From Nitrosopumilus sp. (GTDB taxonomy: Archaea; Thermoproteota; Nitrososphaeria; Nitrososphaerales; Nitrosopumilaceae), in the NCBI GenBank assembly GCA_965219345.1, contig OZ244732.1, positions 896,001-960,000 of the forward strand: a stretch of DNA of 64,000 nucleotides. The letters run 5' to 3'. A program made the position numbers and the translations under genes. This document shows positions 20,069 to 29,767 of the stretch, piece by piece. Below the pieces are notes generated by a model. It was not told the DNA's origin, did not search any database, and saw only the letters and a list, made by a program, of their open reading frames with translations. Positions within the stretch are counted from its first letter, which is position 1, and the number at the start of each line of letters is the position of its first letter.

Positions 20069-20336
20069 TCTTTTCCTCATTTCTCAAATATATTATGAGT
20101 CTAGTATAATATTAGATGTTGACAACTAATTTGATAAGATATTGGGTTGAGCACAAAGCCAATCTTTGATGATCATACGGATCTAAAGCGCAGCTAAGCA
20201 CATTCTGACTCGTCTGCATATAACTGGAATCCCTCACCTGTCAGATGGAAAAAAGCGTCAGACTCTGAGCTCTGACTCGTATCTTTATGCTCCTTTCAAG
20301 TTCTGTCTTCCTACCACATTTGTCTCACCTGATAAC

Positions 20337-20722
20337 GGTGAGACAGTATGAACAGAGGGCCGTCAATCCAGCTCGAGCAGATCCCCGAATTCATTGAGAT
20401 GCTAAAGTGGGTATGCGAGAGATATTCCAAAGGTAAAATCGGATCTAAGATGGCAAGGACTGGGCACGTTTGCAGATTTTATAGAAGAAGAAGAATAATA
20501 ATAATAATGATGATGATGATGCAAATCACTGCAAGCAATGATGCCGTGTATGACCCCCCGATAATCTCTGATGCCATGACAAGGCATCCTGCCAAGATAA
20601 TACATGACGCGTGGAAGCTCTTGGGAGTTGCACGGACTCTGTGCGCCTAAGAAAGCACAAAAAGACAATCAAAAAGATAGGCGGGAACCCGTAGGAATTC
20701 TTGACTCCTAACATTTTTTTAG
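20337..20722 (+). repeat. ~390-bp GC-rich segment, with an inverted copy at 23181-23619
   Basis: Long collinear reverse-complement match by eye; each copy precedes an antitoxin-like ORF. Confidence 0.9.
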
Positions 20723-20744
20723 TGGTACAACATACATGAGACAC

Positions 20745-20873
20745 ATGTCAGATACAAGGGAGGTAGATGATCTTACTCCTGAGGAGATCAAAGATATTGA
20801 TGAATTCTATCAATCAAAAGACAGAAAAACATCATCAATTGAGGAATTTCTTGAAGAATTGCATAACTCTTGA
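20745..20873 (+). CDS. putative antitoxin (42 aa, acidic)
   Basis: MSDTREVDDLTPEEIKDIDEFYQSKDRKTSSIEEFLEELHNS; its stop overlaps the toxin start. Confidence 0.7.
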   Translation: MSDTREVDDLTPEEIKDIDEFYQSKDRKTSSIEEFLEELHNS

Positions 20874-21139
20874 CTGGATGGATTCCAGATAGACGTCCCA
20901 TATTTTCCAAACAATTTGGTAGATTAGATTCCAAAATACAAAAAAGAGTTGAAGAAGCCGTATTGGAACTACTCACTACTGAAAATCCTGCACGCCTTGG
21001 AAAATACAAGCAGGGCAAGAGAGTGTTTGCATACGATATAGGCAGAAAGTACAGGATAATCTACAATGTCAACTGGAGTGACAACACGATTGAATTTCTC
21101 AGGGTATGTGATCACAAGTCAGTCTACGGCAAAGACTAA
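20870..21139 (+). CDS. RelE/ParE family toxin
   Basis: FSKQFGRLDSKIQKRVEEAV...IGRKYRIIY...LRVCDHKSVY. Confidence 0.85.
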   Translation: MTGWIPDRRPIFSKQFGRLDSKIQKRVEEAVLELLTTENPARLGKYKQGKRVFAYDIGRKYRIIYNVNWSDNTIEFLRVCDHKSVYGKD

Positions 21140-21504
21140 AACATTTTTTCCTGACCGAACCGATGGCCCAAACCCGTTTTATCTTCAGCGCAAGCCAAAG
21201 GTCAATCCTGCAGACATGTGGCGGGGGCAAAGCAAGAAAAAAACAATTCTGGAGAATATTTTTCAGAAAATACAGCAGGCAGACTCTCTGCAAGCTGCAA
21301 CAAAAAACCAATCAACACGGAGGTTGAAGCATGGAAGACAGCAACATACCTAAATTAGAAAAGACAGATAACATACCTTTTGATGAGAAGATAATCCATC
21401 ATAGGTATACAAACAACAGCTCTTTACGTGGCTTTTAGAGAGTATGACCCAAATACTGAAACGTACTTTGGATATGCAAACCTGAATTCGGACATTGATG
21501 CCCC

Positions 21505-22018
21505 AATGGATGATGATACCCGTTATTGGCTGGCTTCTGATGTTGCAGACAACAAGTTCCAGCACGTGCCGATAACCTGTTGAGATTAACCAAGCTACAA
21601 GCTGGCAAGAATCCTAGAAATTTCATTACTGATGGACTTCCAGCTTACATGAAATCATCAAAGAGAGTGTGTTTGGAAGAAAGACAAACCATGTCAGACA
21701 TATCCACTTGGCAGGAAAAAGAGACAGGGATAATAACAATAAAATGGAAAGACTGAACGGTGAAATAAGAGATCGTGAAAAGGTATTCAGAGGTCTCAAA
21801 AAGATGGATACTGGAATACTTGATGGAATGAGAGTCTGCTATAATTTCACAAAAAAACATGGAGCTCTAAAAGGCAAGACACCAGCATAGGCTTCATTAA
21901 TTGAGGCGGATGGTAGGAACAAATGGAAGACAATAATTCAAAATGTCTCACTAAACAAGGATTCTGAATAGGTATGAAATTTCAGGGAAAATCCATATCA
22001 CGAAGACTACACAGAACC
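21505..22018 (+). mobile_element. IS6-family (IS240-like DDE) transposase pseudogene with right end
   Basis: TRYWLAS, FITDGLPAY, NNNKMERLNGEIRDREK, YNF..KH..LKGKTPA; contains frameshift and stop; ends ...ACACAGAACC. Confidence 0.85.
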
Positions 22019-22732
22019 TACAGAAAAAAACCCTAAATAATTATATTGTGTAGTAAAAAGTAAAGTCTCATGACAATAGATTATACGAAACTAACAGCAA
22101 AAGAATTAGTCGAAAAAATCAAAAGTGGAGAAATCGGTTCTTGTGTGTATAGTACGATGGAAGAATTTTATGAAGGACTGAGACAGCATGCGCCTAATTC
22201 TAGTTGACGGCTTTTGGCTACAATTTTTTACATTTGATCCAAACAATGGTGATCGAGATTTAATCACTACAGCTCTTTCAAATATGCAAAGTTTAGCTGC
22301 CACTTGCATTGTTAGAAGTTAAAAATGATTATTCATATATTCAATTCCCAATTAAAAACAATAAATATTGCAATTCGTTTTAGATGCTGATTCTGTTATC
22401 GCTATGATTTATGATGGTAATAAAGCATCATTTGAAGAAAACCCCGCTAATCATTAGTTATTCATTTTACAAAAGATTCAGGGAGTTATTTAATTTTAAA
22501 TGATAAAAAGTAGTCTGAAGCAGTGACTTTGAATCCAAGACCCCTGAAACAAAAGAAATCAGAGCTTGAAAGGAACATAAGAAGATACAAGTCAGATCTT
22601 AGAGTCTGACGCTTTTTTTCTAACTGACAGACGATATCTTTTTCCAGGCATTAAGATAGTGTTTATTCTTTGATTTAAATCTCCAAACTCATTCTAATCT
22701 GTTAAGATCTTATAATGACTCTTCCAACAATA

Positions 22733-22904
22733 GGTTCTGGTAAAAAACGGTGATCAGGATCACCAGAATTTAACAGCATGGTTATGACAGATAATTTCAA
22801 GAAAATTACCCGGTACTGGTTATCCCAGGATTTCAAAGAGCGATTCGGAGAGAAGATCCATGTCTGATGATTTATGGTGCAGATCACCAGAATTTACCAG
22901 AACC
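22733..22904 (-). mobile_element. MITE copy 3
   Basis: Same TIRs and body as the other copies. Confidence 0.9.
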
Positions 22905-22910
22905 TTCCAG

Positions 22911-23159
22911 CTAGTCATCTTTCTTCAGATCTTCTAATAGATCCTCAACATCGGAGAACACCTTTCCGGCTGGCTCGTTTTGCGCATCGATGATACCAAG
23001 TACTTCTTCAGGAATCAAATCATCTTCATGCAAGTCTTTTAGGTATTGCTCGAAGCTTTTAGATTTTGAGATTTCATCTTTCTCAAAATCTTCCCTGATT
23101 ATCTCCAGCTTGTCTTCTGGAAGATGGTCAAAGTGGTTTACGGTCCTGGTTTCAGACAT
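22911..23159 (-). CDS. orphan antitoxin-like acidic protein
   Basis: Starts MSETR like the 20745 ORF and ends FSDVEDLLEDLK; same upstream repeat; MITE immediately downstream. Confidence 0.6.
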   Translation of the reverse strand: MSETRTVNHFDHLPEDKLEIIREDFEKDEISKSKSFEQYLKDLHEDDLIPEEVLGIIDAQNEPAGKVFSDVEDLLEDLKKDD

Positions 23160-23180
23160 GTCTTTTTTATTTTCTGCATC

Positions 23181-23619
23181 CTAAAAAATGTTAGGAGTCA
23201 AGAATTCCTACGGGTTCCCGCCTTGTCTTTTTGATTGTCTTTTTGTGTCTTCTTAGGCGCACAGAGTCCTGTGCAATTCCTAGGATCTTCCACGCGTCAT
23301 GTATTACCTTGGCAGGATGCCTTGCCATGGCATCAGAGATTATCGAGTCATTAATTATTTTTAGTTAGTTTTTGATTTTTCAAGCAGGATGCCTTGCCAT
23401 GGCATCAGAGATTATCGAGGGGGTCATACTACGGCATCATTGCTTGCAGTGATTTGCATCATTATTCTTCTTCTATAAAATCTGCAAACGTGCCCAGTCC
23501 TTGCCATCTTGGACTCGATTTTACCTTTGGAATATCTCTCGTATATCCCTTTAGCATCTCAATGAATTCGGGAATCTGCTCGAGCTGGATTGACGGTCCT
23601 CTGTTCATACTGTCTCACC
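23181..23619 (-). repeat. inverted copy of the 20337-20722 segment
   Basis: Reverse-complement match carrying an extra 72 bp (duplication plus insert). Confidence 0.9.
23312..23419. repeat. 36-bp direct repeat flanking a 36-bp insert (single-spacer CRISPR-like scar)
   Basis: GCAGGATGCCTTGCCATGGCATCAGAGATTATCGAG at 23312-23347 and 23384-23419; absent from the paralogous copy at ~20557-20592. Confidence 0.92.
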
Positions 23620-24337
23620 AACCATTAACGGCATTTACATTAAAGCCGTAATTTTGGTTATATTTGCCGTCAATAATATCGGCATTTACTATATCGTATT
23701 TCTGTCCGTCTTTGTTTATTGTCATGTTTAGTTTTCCGTAATTCAGATCATCATCTATAATATGCACATTATAGCCAATATTATTATTAATTCTATAATC
23801 TAAAATTGTAATTAATGGTTCATAATTACTATCAAAGTCTTTAGACTCAAAATTATGTAATGTGCCATTAATAATTCTAAGAGTGTCATTAAAAGCCGTT
23901 ATCTTAGTATTTTTAGGTAAGGTATTCTTAATTCTATCATTTACAATTAATTTAAAATCAAAAATATCTTTTTGTTTTACATCTTTGATTTTTATTTTTG
24001 GTAAAATTGTATCAAAGTCATTTAGAGTTATAGTATTATTTGTTGGATTCAGATAAGTCCAATTATAAGATAATTTTCTTTTTTCAGGGTCATAAGAGCC
24101 AATGCCGTTTAGTAGCAATTCGGCAAATTTACCATTAATAAAATTATGATAAATTATTTGATCTAAATTAACAAAGGCATGGGGTTTATGATTCGTTGAA
24201 CCACTTTTAAGATATTTAACAAAAAAAGAATCCTCTAAATTATCATTAATGGTTTTTTTATCAAAGTTTTTTTCTGCATTAATTGTTATTTTGTATTCTC
24301 CTAAAACGGAATTACTAGGGATAAAATATTTTGTCAA
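23615..24337 (-). pseudogene. internal fragment of a very AT-rich surface protein (PKD/Ig-like)
   Basis: LNGIGSYDPE...SYNWT...FKLIVND PKD-like pattern; truncated by the repeat at 23619. Confidence 0.55.
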
Positions 24338-24421
24338 AAAATATACGAATTACATACTGTTAATTATTTTACACACAGAATTTGGAATAAATTTAATACT
24401 CTGGATTAACATAGTTGCGCT

Positions 24422-24640
24422 GTGAGTACGACAGTCCAGAAAAAAACATGCACAGTAGCCATAACTCCGGATAAAATCGATGGCGGTTTTGTGGGAGAAT
24501 GTGCTGAATTAAGTGCTTTCTCACAAGGTGAGACATATGGTGAGATTATGGAAAACATGAAGGAAGCTATGGAACTTGCAGCTGAGGAAAGTGGCAAAAC
24601 AAATGATTTTAACATACTAGTTATTCAAAAAACACAATGA
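24422..24640 (+). CDS. hicB: HicB family antitoxin
   Basis: GGFVGECAELSAFSQGETYGEIMENMKEAMEL. Confidence 0.85.
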   Translation: MSTTVQKKTCTVAITPDKIDGGFVGECAELSAFSQGETYGEIMENMKEAMELAAEESGKTNDFNILVIQKTQ

Positions 24641-24730
24641 CAAAAGTTCCACGTGTTTCTGGAAATACAATGATAAACTATTTGATCAAAAAGAATTTTT
24701 TCATAGCTAGTAGAAAAGGCGGTCATGCTG
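24637..24730 (+). pseudogene. hicA: HicA toxin N-terminal fragment
   Basis: MTKVPRVSGNTMINYLIKKNFFIASRKGGH, then an abrupt switch to GC-rich IS sequence. Confidence 0.75.
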
Positions 24731-24749
24731 CCCTTGGCAATCAGAGGGT

Positions 24750-25030
24750 TCACTAGCGTATTCTGTCTGACACATCAGCTGCTGCTGATGGACTCTGACG
24801 GGTATGACGCCAAGTGGGTGCACGGGGTACCAGCGCCAGAGCTGCAATCCACGTCAGGAGGCAGGAGCCGGGATTCCGGACCCGCGGCAGGCACAGGAAG
24901 CAGATGAGGAGGGAGTTCGAGTTGGGGTCTGCGCTGGAGGAGTACGGGCAGAGGAACAAGACGGAGAGACCGTGTTCTCCGTGATCAAGAGGATGTTCGG
25001 ATCAGACATCAGGTCGCATAGCGGGCAGCA
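24750..25030 (+). mobile_element. IS5/IS4-superfamily transposase remnant
   Basis: GC-rich; D..GYD, GRHRKQM, YGQRNKTETVFSVIKRMFG (Y-x2-R-x3-E-x6-K signature). Confidence 0.8.
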
Positions 25031-25581
25031 TCTTTTGAAGTTGCTTCAGCTGGCGTCTCTACTGCTTCAGGTTCAGATTTTGTCTTCTCTAGCATTTCTG
25101 GAATCTTAGATTCAGGTGAAAAATGTACACTGCCTTCTTCTCCTACTGTAACTGTGTATGATGGAATGTCTATTTTTCTTTCCCCGATCATTATGTGTCC
25201 ATGAATTACTGCTTGCCTTGCTTGATATGGTGTTTTGAATCCAAGCTTCTTTGAAACAATAGTTTGTAATCTACGTGAAAGTAAATCATTCACATTTAGA
25301 TTAAGTACATCATCTAATGTTGCATCACTACTTACTAATCCAATTCTAGCAAGTGATTTCATTAAGATTGGTTCTTTTTCCTCCCTAACTTCTTGTCTTA
25401 ATGCAAGTAATGATCTTGCTTGATGTCTTACACGTGATAATTCTGTATGTGCTTTCCATAATTCTCTTTTAGTTCTTAATCCAAATGTACCGAGAGTTTT
25501 TAGCTCTTCCATCTTTAGTTCATAATTAAGAGGTCTCTTTGGTTTTCTCCAAACTCTACGTGGATATTTTGGATCTCCCAT
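25009..25581 (-). CDS. rps4: 30S ribosomal protein S4
   Basis: MGDPKYPRR..., [17 protein letters not shown]. Confidence 0.97.
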   Translation of the reverse strand: MGDPKYPRRVWRKPKRPLNYELKMEELKTLGTFGLRTKRELWKAHTELSRVRHQARSLLALRQEVREEKEPILMKSLARIGLVSSDATLDDVLNLNVNDLLSRRLQTIVSKKLGFKTPYQARQAVIHGHIMIGERKIDIPSYTVTVGEEGSVHFSPESKIPEMLEKTKSEPEAVETPAEATSKDAARYAT

Positions 25582-25590
25582 TCAAAACAC

Positions 25591-26199
25591 CTATTTAGTT
25601 TTCTCCGCTGGAGCTTCCTTCTTTCCTGTTGCTGGAACTTCCTTCTTTTCTGCATCTGCTGGAGCTGCTGTTTCTGCTGTAGTTGTATCTGTTGCATCTG
25701 CTGCTGGAGCTCCTGGATCTCCCTTCTTTGCTGGAGCTGCCAGTCCACCTTTAGCAACACCAACTGCTCCACCTTTTCTACCTGAGGTTCTGGTTCTCTG
25801 TCCTCTAACTTTTAAACCGCTTAGATGACGGTAACCTCTCCAACTTGCAGTTATTCTTTCTCTTTCAATGTCATTTCTTAATGTAAATGGAATATCTGAT
25901 GTTAACAAATGCAAATCTGCTCCGGTTTCAATATCCTTATTTCTATTAAGAAACCATGTTGGGAAATTTCCTCCAATTGGATCTAAAATTAATTTTTCAA
26001 TTGCTTCTATATTAGCATCAGAAAGATTACCAATATTGGAATTTGTGTTAATTTTTAGAGTATCAAGAATTGCAGTGGCAAAGTTATATCCAATACCTTT
26101 GATCTGAGTTAACCCTACAATCGATTTTCTCTCTCCTGGGATATCGTTACCCACAATCCTTACAATATGTCTATATTCTTGACTACTCAAGTATTCCAA
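25591..26199 (-). CDS. rps13: 30S ribosomal protein S13
   Basis: [30 protein letters not shown]. Confidence 0.97.
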   Translation of the reverse strand: MEYLSSQEYRHIVRIVGNDIPGERKSIVGLTQIKGIGYNFATAILDTLKINTNSNIGNLSDANIEAIEKLILDPIGGNFPTWFLNRNKDIETGADLHLLTSDIPFTLRNDIERERITASWRGYRHLSGLKVRGQRTRTSGRKGGAVGVAKGGLAAPAKKGDPGAPAADATDTTTAETAAPADAEKKEVPATGKKEAPAEKTK

Positions 26200-26316
26200 A
26201 ATTCAAAGAAACCCCGATAAAAACCATGCTAGGCGTCAAATACTGTAATTTTTTAAATGTTCATTTCTGATGATTTTTGACCCTAGTCATAATCACAATG
26301 ACTTTTTCAATTCAGA

Positions 26317-26469
26317 TTATCTAAAGTCCTCATCCTTTGTCCAGTCATTGCCTTGTGCATTCCACAGGTTACATTTACAGCATTTTTTGACTCCTCGTTG
26401 GGCATCAATCTCTATACAAAAACAGTGTTCCCCTTTCCCAGTTGGATCTTCACTGCATAGTTTTTGCAT
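26317..26469 (-). CDS. 50-aa cysteine-rich microprotein
   Basis: Manual translation MQKLCSEDPTGKGEHCFCIEIDAQRGVKKCCKCNLWNAQGNDWTKDEDFR. Confidence 0.55.
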   Translation of the reverse strand: MQKLCSEDPTGKGEHCFCIEIDAQRGVKKCCKCNLWNAQGNDWTKDEDFR

Positions 26470-26557
26470 GATTCTGTGAGTGTCTTTTTCCTAATTATCT
26501 TATTGGGCACGATCTATTTGAAAAGTTATAAATTTCCAAATTTTCTATTTTAGGGAG

Positions 26558-26869
26558 ATGGATAAAACATTTGATCGAGAGAAAGTTGTAGATTGTATGT
26601 TTGATCCCGTAACATCTTCAATATTGGCAGAACTAGAAGATGGTGCAAAAGAATGTTCATTTTTAGCCCAACAAGTTTCCATATCTGAATCTGAGGTTCT
26701 TGAAAGACTGTCTTATTTGACAGAGCATGAATTCATTTCCAAAAACTCTGATGATGGAAAATGTTTACTTATTGCTAATTTTGACAAACTTAGTATCATT
26801 GTTGAAAATAATGAGAATTTTGATGATGCCATGAATAGTATTGCAAAAATGGATAGTTATCTAAACTGA
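26558..26869 (+). CDS. hypothetical protein, wHTH-like
   Basis: DPVTSSILAELEDG...SESEVLERLSYL. Confidence 0.7.
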   Translation: MDKTFDREKVVDCMFDPVTSSILAELEDGAKECSFLAQQVSISESEVLERLSYLTEHEFISKNSDDGKCLLIANFDKLSIIVENNENFDDAMNSIAKMDSYLN

Positions 26870-27364
26870 TCTTACTCTATTTTTAACCCCGTATATTCCT
26901 GCTGCTACTAACCCAACCATTCCAATAACAAGTATATACACTGAAACAAAACCAAGTGATTTCTTACCCGCATCTGGAAGTGGTCCTATAGCTGCAAACA
27001 TTTGGGTTTCTTCATCACTAGTACTTTCAATGATTAGTTTGTAAGTTCCAGTCTCTAAAACATCAAATCCTTTTTCAATAGTTTCTTCATTAATTGTCTG
27101 AGAAATAATTTCACTTCCAGATGGATCCAATACCTTTGCAAAAAATGTATTGTCTTTAAATTCCATTATTTGGACTGCAAAAACTCCTATTGATGTATCT
27201 TGTAAAACAAAATCTCCAGAAATTACAAGTGTTTGTTCTGAACTTACTTTCCCACTTCCTTGACTAACTCCTTCTAGAATAATTTGATTTCCTAAAACTA
27301 ACAAAATTAATCCTATCACAATTAATGCCACTGAACAGATGAGCATTATTCCTAGTTTTTGCAC
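26861..27364 (-). CDS. membrane protein with N- and C-terminal TM helices
   Basis: Hydrophobic termini. Confidence 0.75.
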   Translation of the reverse strand: MQKLGIMLICSVALIVIGLILLVLGNQIILEGVSQGSGKVSSEQTLVISGDFVLQDTSIGVFAVQIMEFKDNTFFAKVLDPSGSEIISQTINEETIEKGFDVLETGTYKLIIESTSDEETQMFAAIGPLPDAGKKSLGFVSVYILVIGMVGLVAAGIYGVKNRVRSV

Positions 27365-27430
27365 AAATTATGACTGATTTTCTTTAGTTTAAACGTAATT
27401 TTTTTAAAATCTGCAAATATTTGGTATACA

Positions 27431-27470
27431 AAGTTAGATCATGCTAAAAAAGTTAGCTTAGGGTAAATTT
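27431..27470. promoter_or_regulatory. possible DtxR/MntR-type metal-regulator sites
   Basis: Two adjacent imperfect palindromes, TTAGATCATGCTAA and TTAGCTTAGGGTAA, upstream of a multicopper oxidase-ZIP operon. Confidence 0.35.
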
Positions 27471-27486
27471 AAATTACAATTGAGAA

Positions 27487-28584
27487 GTGTGCAAAATATC
27501 TCTAATGAAAAAATATCGTTCCAGAATTATGATCGTATCAATATCTGTGATCATAGCGATGTCTACACTTTACTTTACATTTACAGAAGATATTAGTGCC
27601 CAGCTAAAAGAGATTGCCTTTGTTACACATACTGGTGGTGTTATAAAGACAACAGGCGAGATAATTGATCCTGTATACACCGCATCGATAGATCCTGAAC
27701 ACACCACATCTACTGTAGAATTTGATCCAATGGAATATCTGCGAGAATTTAACTATGGAAAAATTTCACAGTTACCTGACGGTACAACTCTAAGAGAATT
27801 TACGATAATTGCCGAGGACGATAAAATTATGGAAGTTTCACCAGGTGTGTTCTTTAACGTATGGACCTTCAATGGTACTGTTCCAGGTCCAACCATAAGA
27901 GCTACTGAAGGTGATCTTGTCCGTATAAATTTCATCAATAACGGTTCAAAATCACATACAATGCACTTTCATGGAATCCATCCAGCAGAGATGGATGGTG
28001 TATTTGAAGTAGTTGGATCTGGAGGTGGATTTACTTATGAATTTGAAGCAGGTCCTGTTGGCGTTCATCCATATCACTGTCATGTGATGCCACTTGAAGA
28101 ACATATTGTACGTGGCCTGTATGGAGTTTACATAGTTGATCCAAAAGAAGGCAGACCCGCAGCAGATGAAATGGTTATGGTCCTAAATGGCTTGGATACT
28201 GATTTTGATACCGAAAATAATTTCTATGCTGCAAACACAATTCCATTTTACTACCAGAACAACCCAATCCAAATTAACACAAACGAATTAATCAGAATTT
28301 ATGTATTGAACATGGTTGAATTTGATCTAATTAACAACCTTCACTTGCATGGTAATCTATACAATTACTATCCAACGGGAACGGATATTGTTCCGTCATT
28401 TTACACAGATATGATAACTTTATCCCAAACTGAGCGTGGAATTATGGAATTTGAATACACATATCCTGGAAAGTATCTGTTCCATGCTCATAAGGTAGAA
28501 TTTTCAGAAAAAGGCTGGGTTGGAATATTCCAGGTTAATGACAATCAACAAGATCAAAGAGAGTCAGTAGAATATGGAAATTAG
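27487..28584 (+). CDS. two-domain multicopper oxidase
   Basis: FNGTVPGPTIR, HTMHFHG, YHCH...H, LHLHG and FHAH copper ligands. Confidence 0.93.
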   Translation: MCKISLMKKYRSRIMIVSISVIIAMSTLYFTFTEDISAQLKEIAFVTHTGGVIKTTGEIIDPVYTASIDPEHTTSTVEFDPMEYLREFNYGKISQLPDGTTLREFTIIAEDDKIMEVSPGVFFNVWTFNGTVPGPTIRATEGDLVRINFINNGSKSHTMHFHGIHPAEMDGVFEVVGSGGGFTYEFEAGPVGVHPYHCHVMPLEEHIVRGLYGVYIVDPKEGRPAADEMVMVLNGLDTDFDTENNFYAANTIPFYYQNNPIQINTNELIRIYVLNMVEFDLINNLHLHGNLYNYYPTGTDIVPSFYTDMITLSQTERGIMEFEYTYPGKYLFHAHKVEFSEKGWVGIFQVNDNQQDQRESVEYGN

Positions 28585-29767
28585 TGGAACACCATCAAAA
28601 GGCAAGCTGATTACAAGTGGAATAATTCCATTTGCATTTCTCGTACTTTTGATAGCATACATTTTTGGTCCAGGTTCTGATATTTTAGATTTGGGTGTAC
28701 CATTACCTGAGATAACTATGGAAAAAGTTGATTTTGTAGATTCTGAGATACTTGTAACCGTAAGAAACACTGGACCAATTCCTGTAGAGGTTGTTATGGC
28801 CGACATTAATGACAGAATTCAGCCCGCAGCAGTTGAACCTGATAGATTCTTGGAACGATATGAAACTGCTTTGGTTAGAATACCATTTGCATGGAATGAA
28901 GCAGAACCCTACATAATTGGATTAACAATTGAGGATGGAACCAGATTTGAAAAAGAAATTGAAGCAGCTGCTCCTGCATTGGAACCGAGCCTTGAACTTG
29001 TTGGATTTTTTACATTAATTGGAACTTATGTTGGAATCATACCTGTAATGATTGGGTTACTTTGGCTTCCATTTATCAAAAGAATTAGTAAAAACAAATA
29101 TCATTTCTTTTTAGCACTTACTGCAGGACTGTTACTGTTCTTAGGCATTGATTCTATTGAAGAGGCACTAGATGTCTCTGAAGAAAATCTTGCAGGCAGT
29201 TTCAATGGTGCATTGCTAGTAGCTACAGCTGTAGTCTTGTCATTTCTTGCTCTGTACTATGCTGGTGAAAAATTAGTAAAAAGAGCCGAATCCTCTAGAA
29301 TCACAAAACCTGTGGCTATAGCACTAATGATTTCCATTGGAATTGGACTGCATAATTTTGGAGAAGGACTTGCAATTGGCGCAGCAGTTGGTTTAGGTTC
29401 TATTGCATTTAGTACATTTTTGATAGTTGGATTTGCATTGCACAATACCACTGAGGGTATTGCCATTGCAGCGCCAATGTCTAGGGGAAAAGGATTGGTA
29501 GGAAAAGCATTGATAGGAAAACTTGCAGCACTGGGATTAATTGCCGGCGCTCCTGCAATTTTTGGTGCATGGATAGGCGGATTTGTTTACTCCCCATTTA
29601 CTTCAGTGATTTTTCTTGCAATTGGTGCAGGTGCAATATTCCAAGTAATAATTACCATATTGAGATGGATACGAGAAGAAGGCGACAAAAATCTCTCAAG
29701 TGCCTCAGTAGCTTCTGGATTTGCTATAGGAATGCTGATTATGTATCTAACTAGTATTTTGGTTTAG
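28574..29767 (+). CDS. ZIP family divalent metal transporter
   Basis: GIGLHNFGEGLAIG and LHNTTEG motifs. Confidence 0.93.
   Translation: MEISGTPSKGKLITSGIIPFAFLVLLIAYIFGPGSDILDLGVPLPEITMEKVDFVDSEILVTVRNTGPIPVEVVMADINDRIQPAAVEPDRFLERYETALVRIPFAWNEAEPYIIGLTIEDGTRFEKEIEAAAPALEPSLELVGFFTLIGTYVGIIPVMIGLLWLPFIKRISKNKYHFFLALTAGLLLFLGIDSIEEALDVSEENLAGSFNGALLVATAVVLSFLALYYAGEKLVKRAESSRITKPVAIALMISIGIGLHNFGEGLAIGAAVGLGSIAFSTFLIVGFALHNTTEGIAIAAPMSRGKGLVGKALIGKLAALGLIAGAPAIFGAWIGGFVYSPFTSVIFLAIGAGAIFQVIITILRWIREEGDKNLSSASVASGFAIGMLIMYLTSILV

Noticed and set aside
20348-20744. ORFs with poly-R/I/M or poly-H/Y/S runs
   Set aside because: They translate the microsatellite, and the frames are not preserved in the paralogous copy
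21400-21510. Fragment reading EYDPNTETYFGYANLN (DUF2958-like)
   Set aside because: Too short and frameshifted to call with confidence
22505-22545. Possible tRNA 3'-half (att site)
   Set aside because: No convincing T-arm or acceptor pairing
19773-23419. The two repeat-spacer-repeat units as a true CRISPR locus
   Set aside because: The repeats are unrelated to each other, each has one spacer, they derive from pre-existing sequence, and no leader or cas genes are present; reported instead as possible off-target scars
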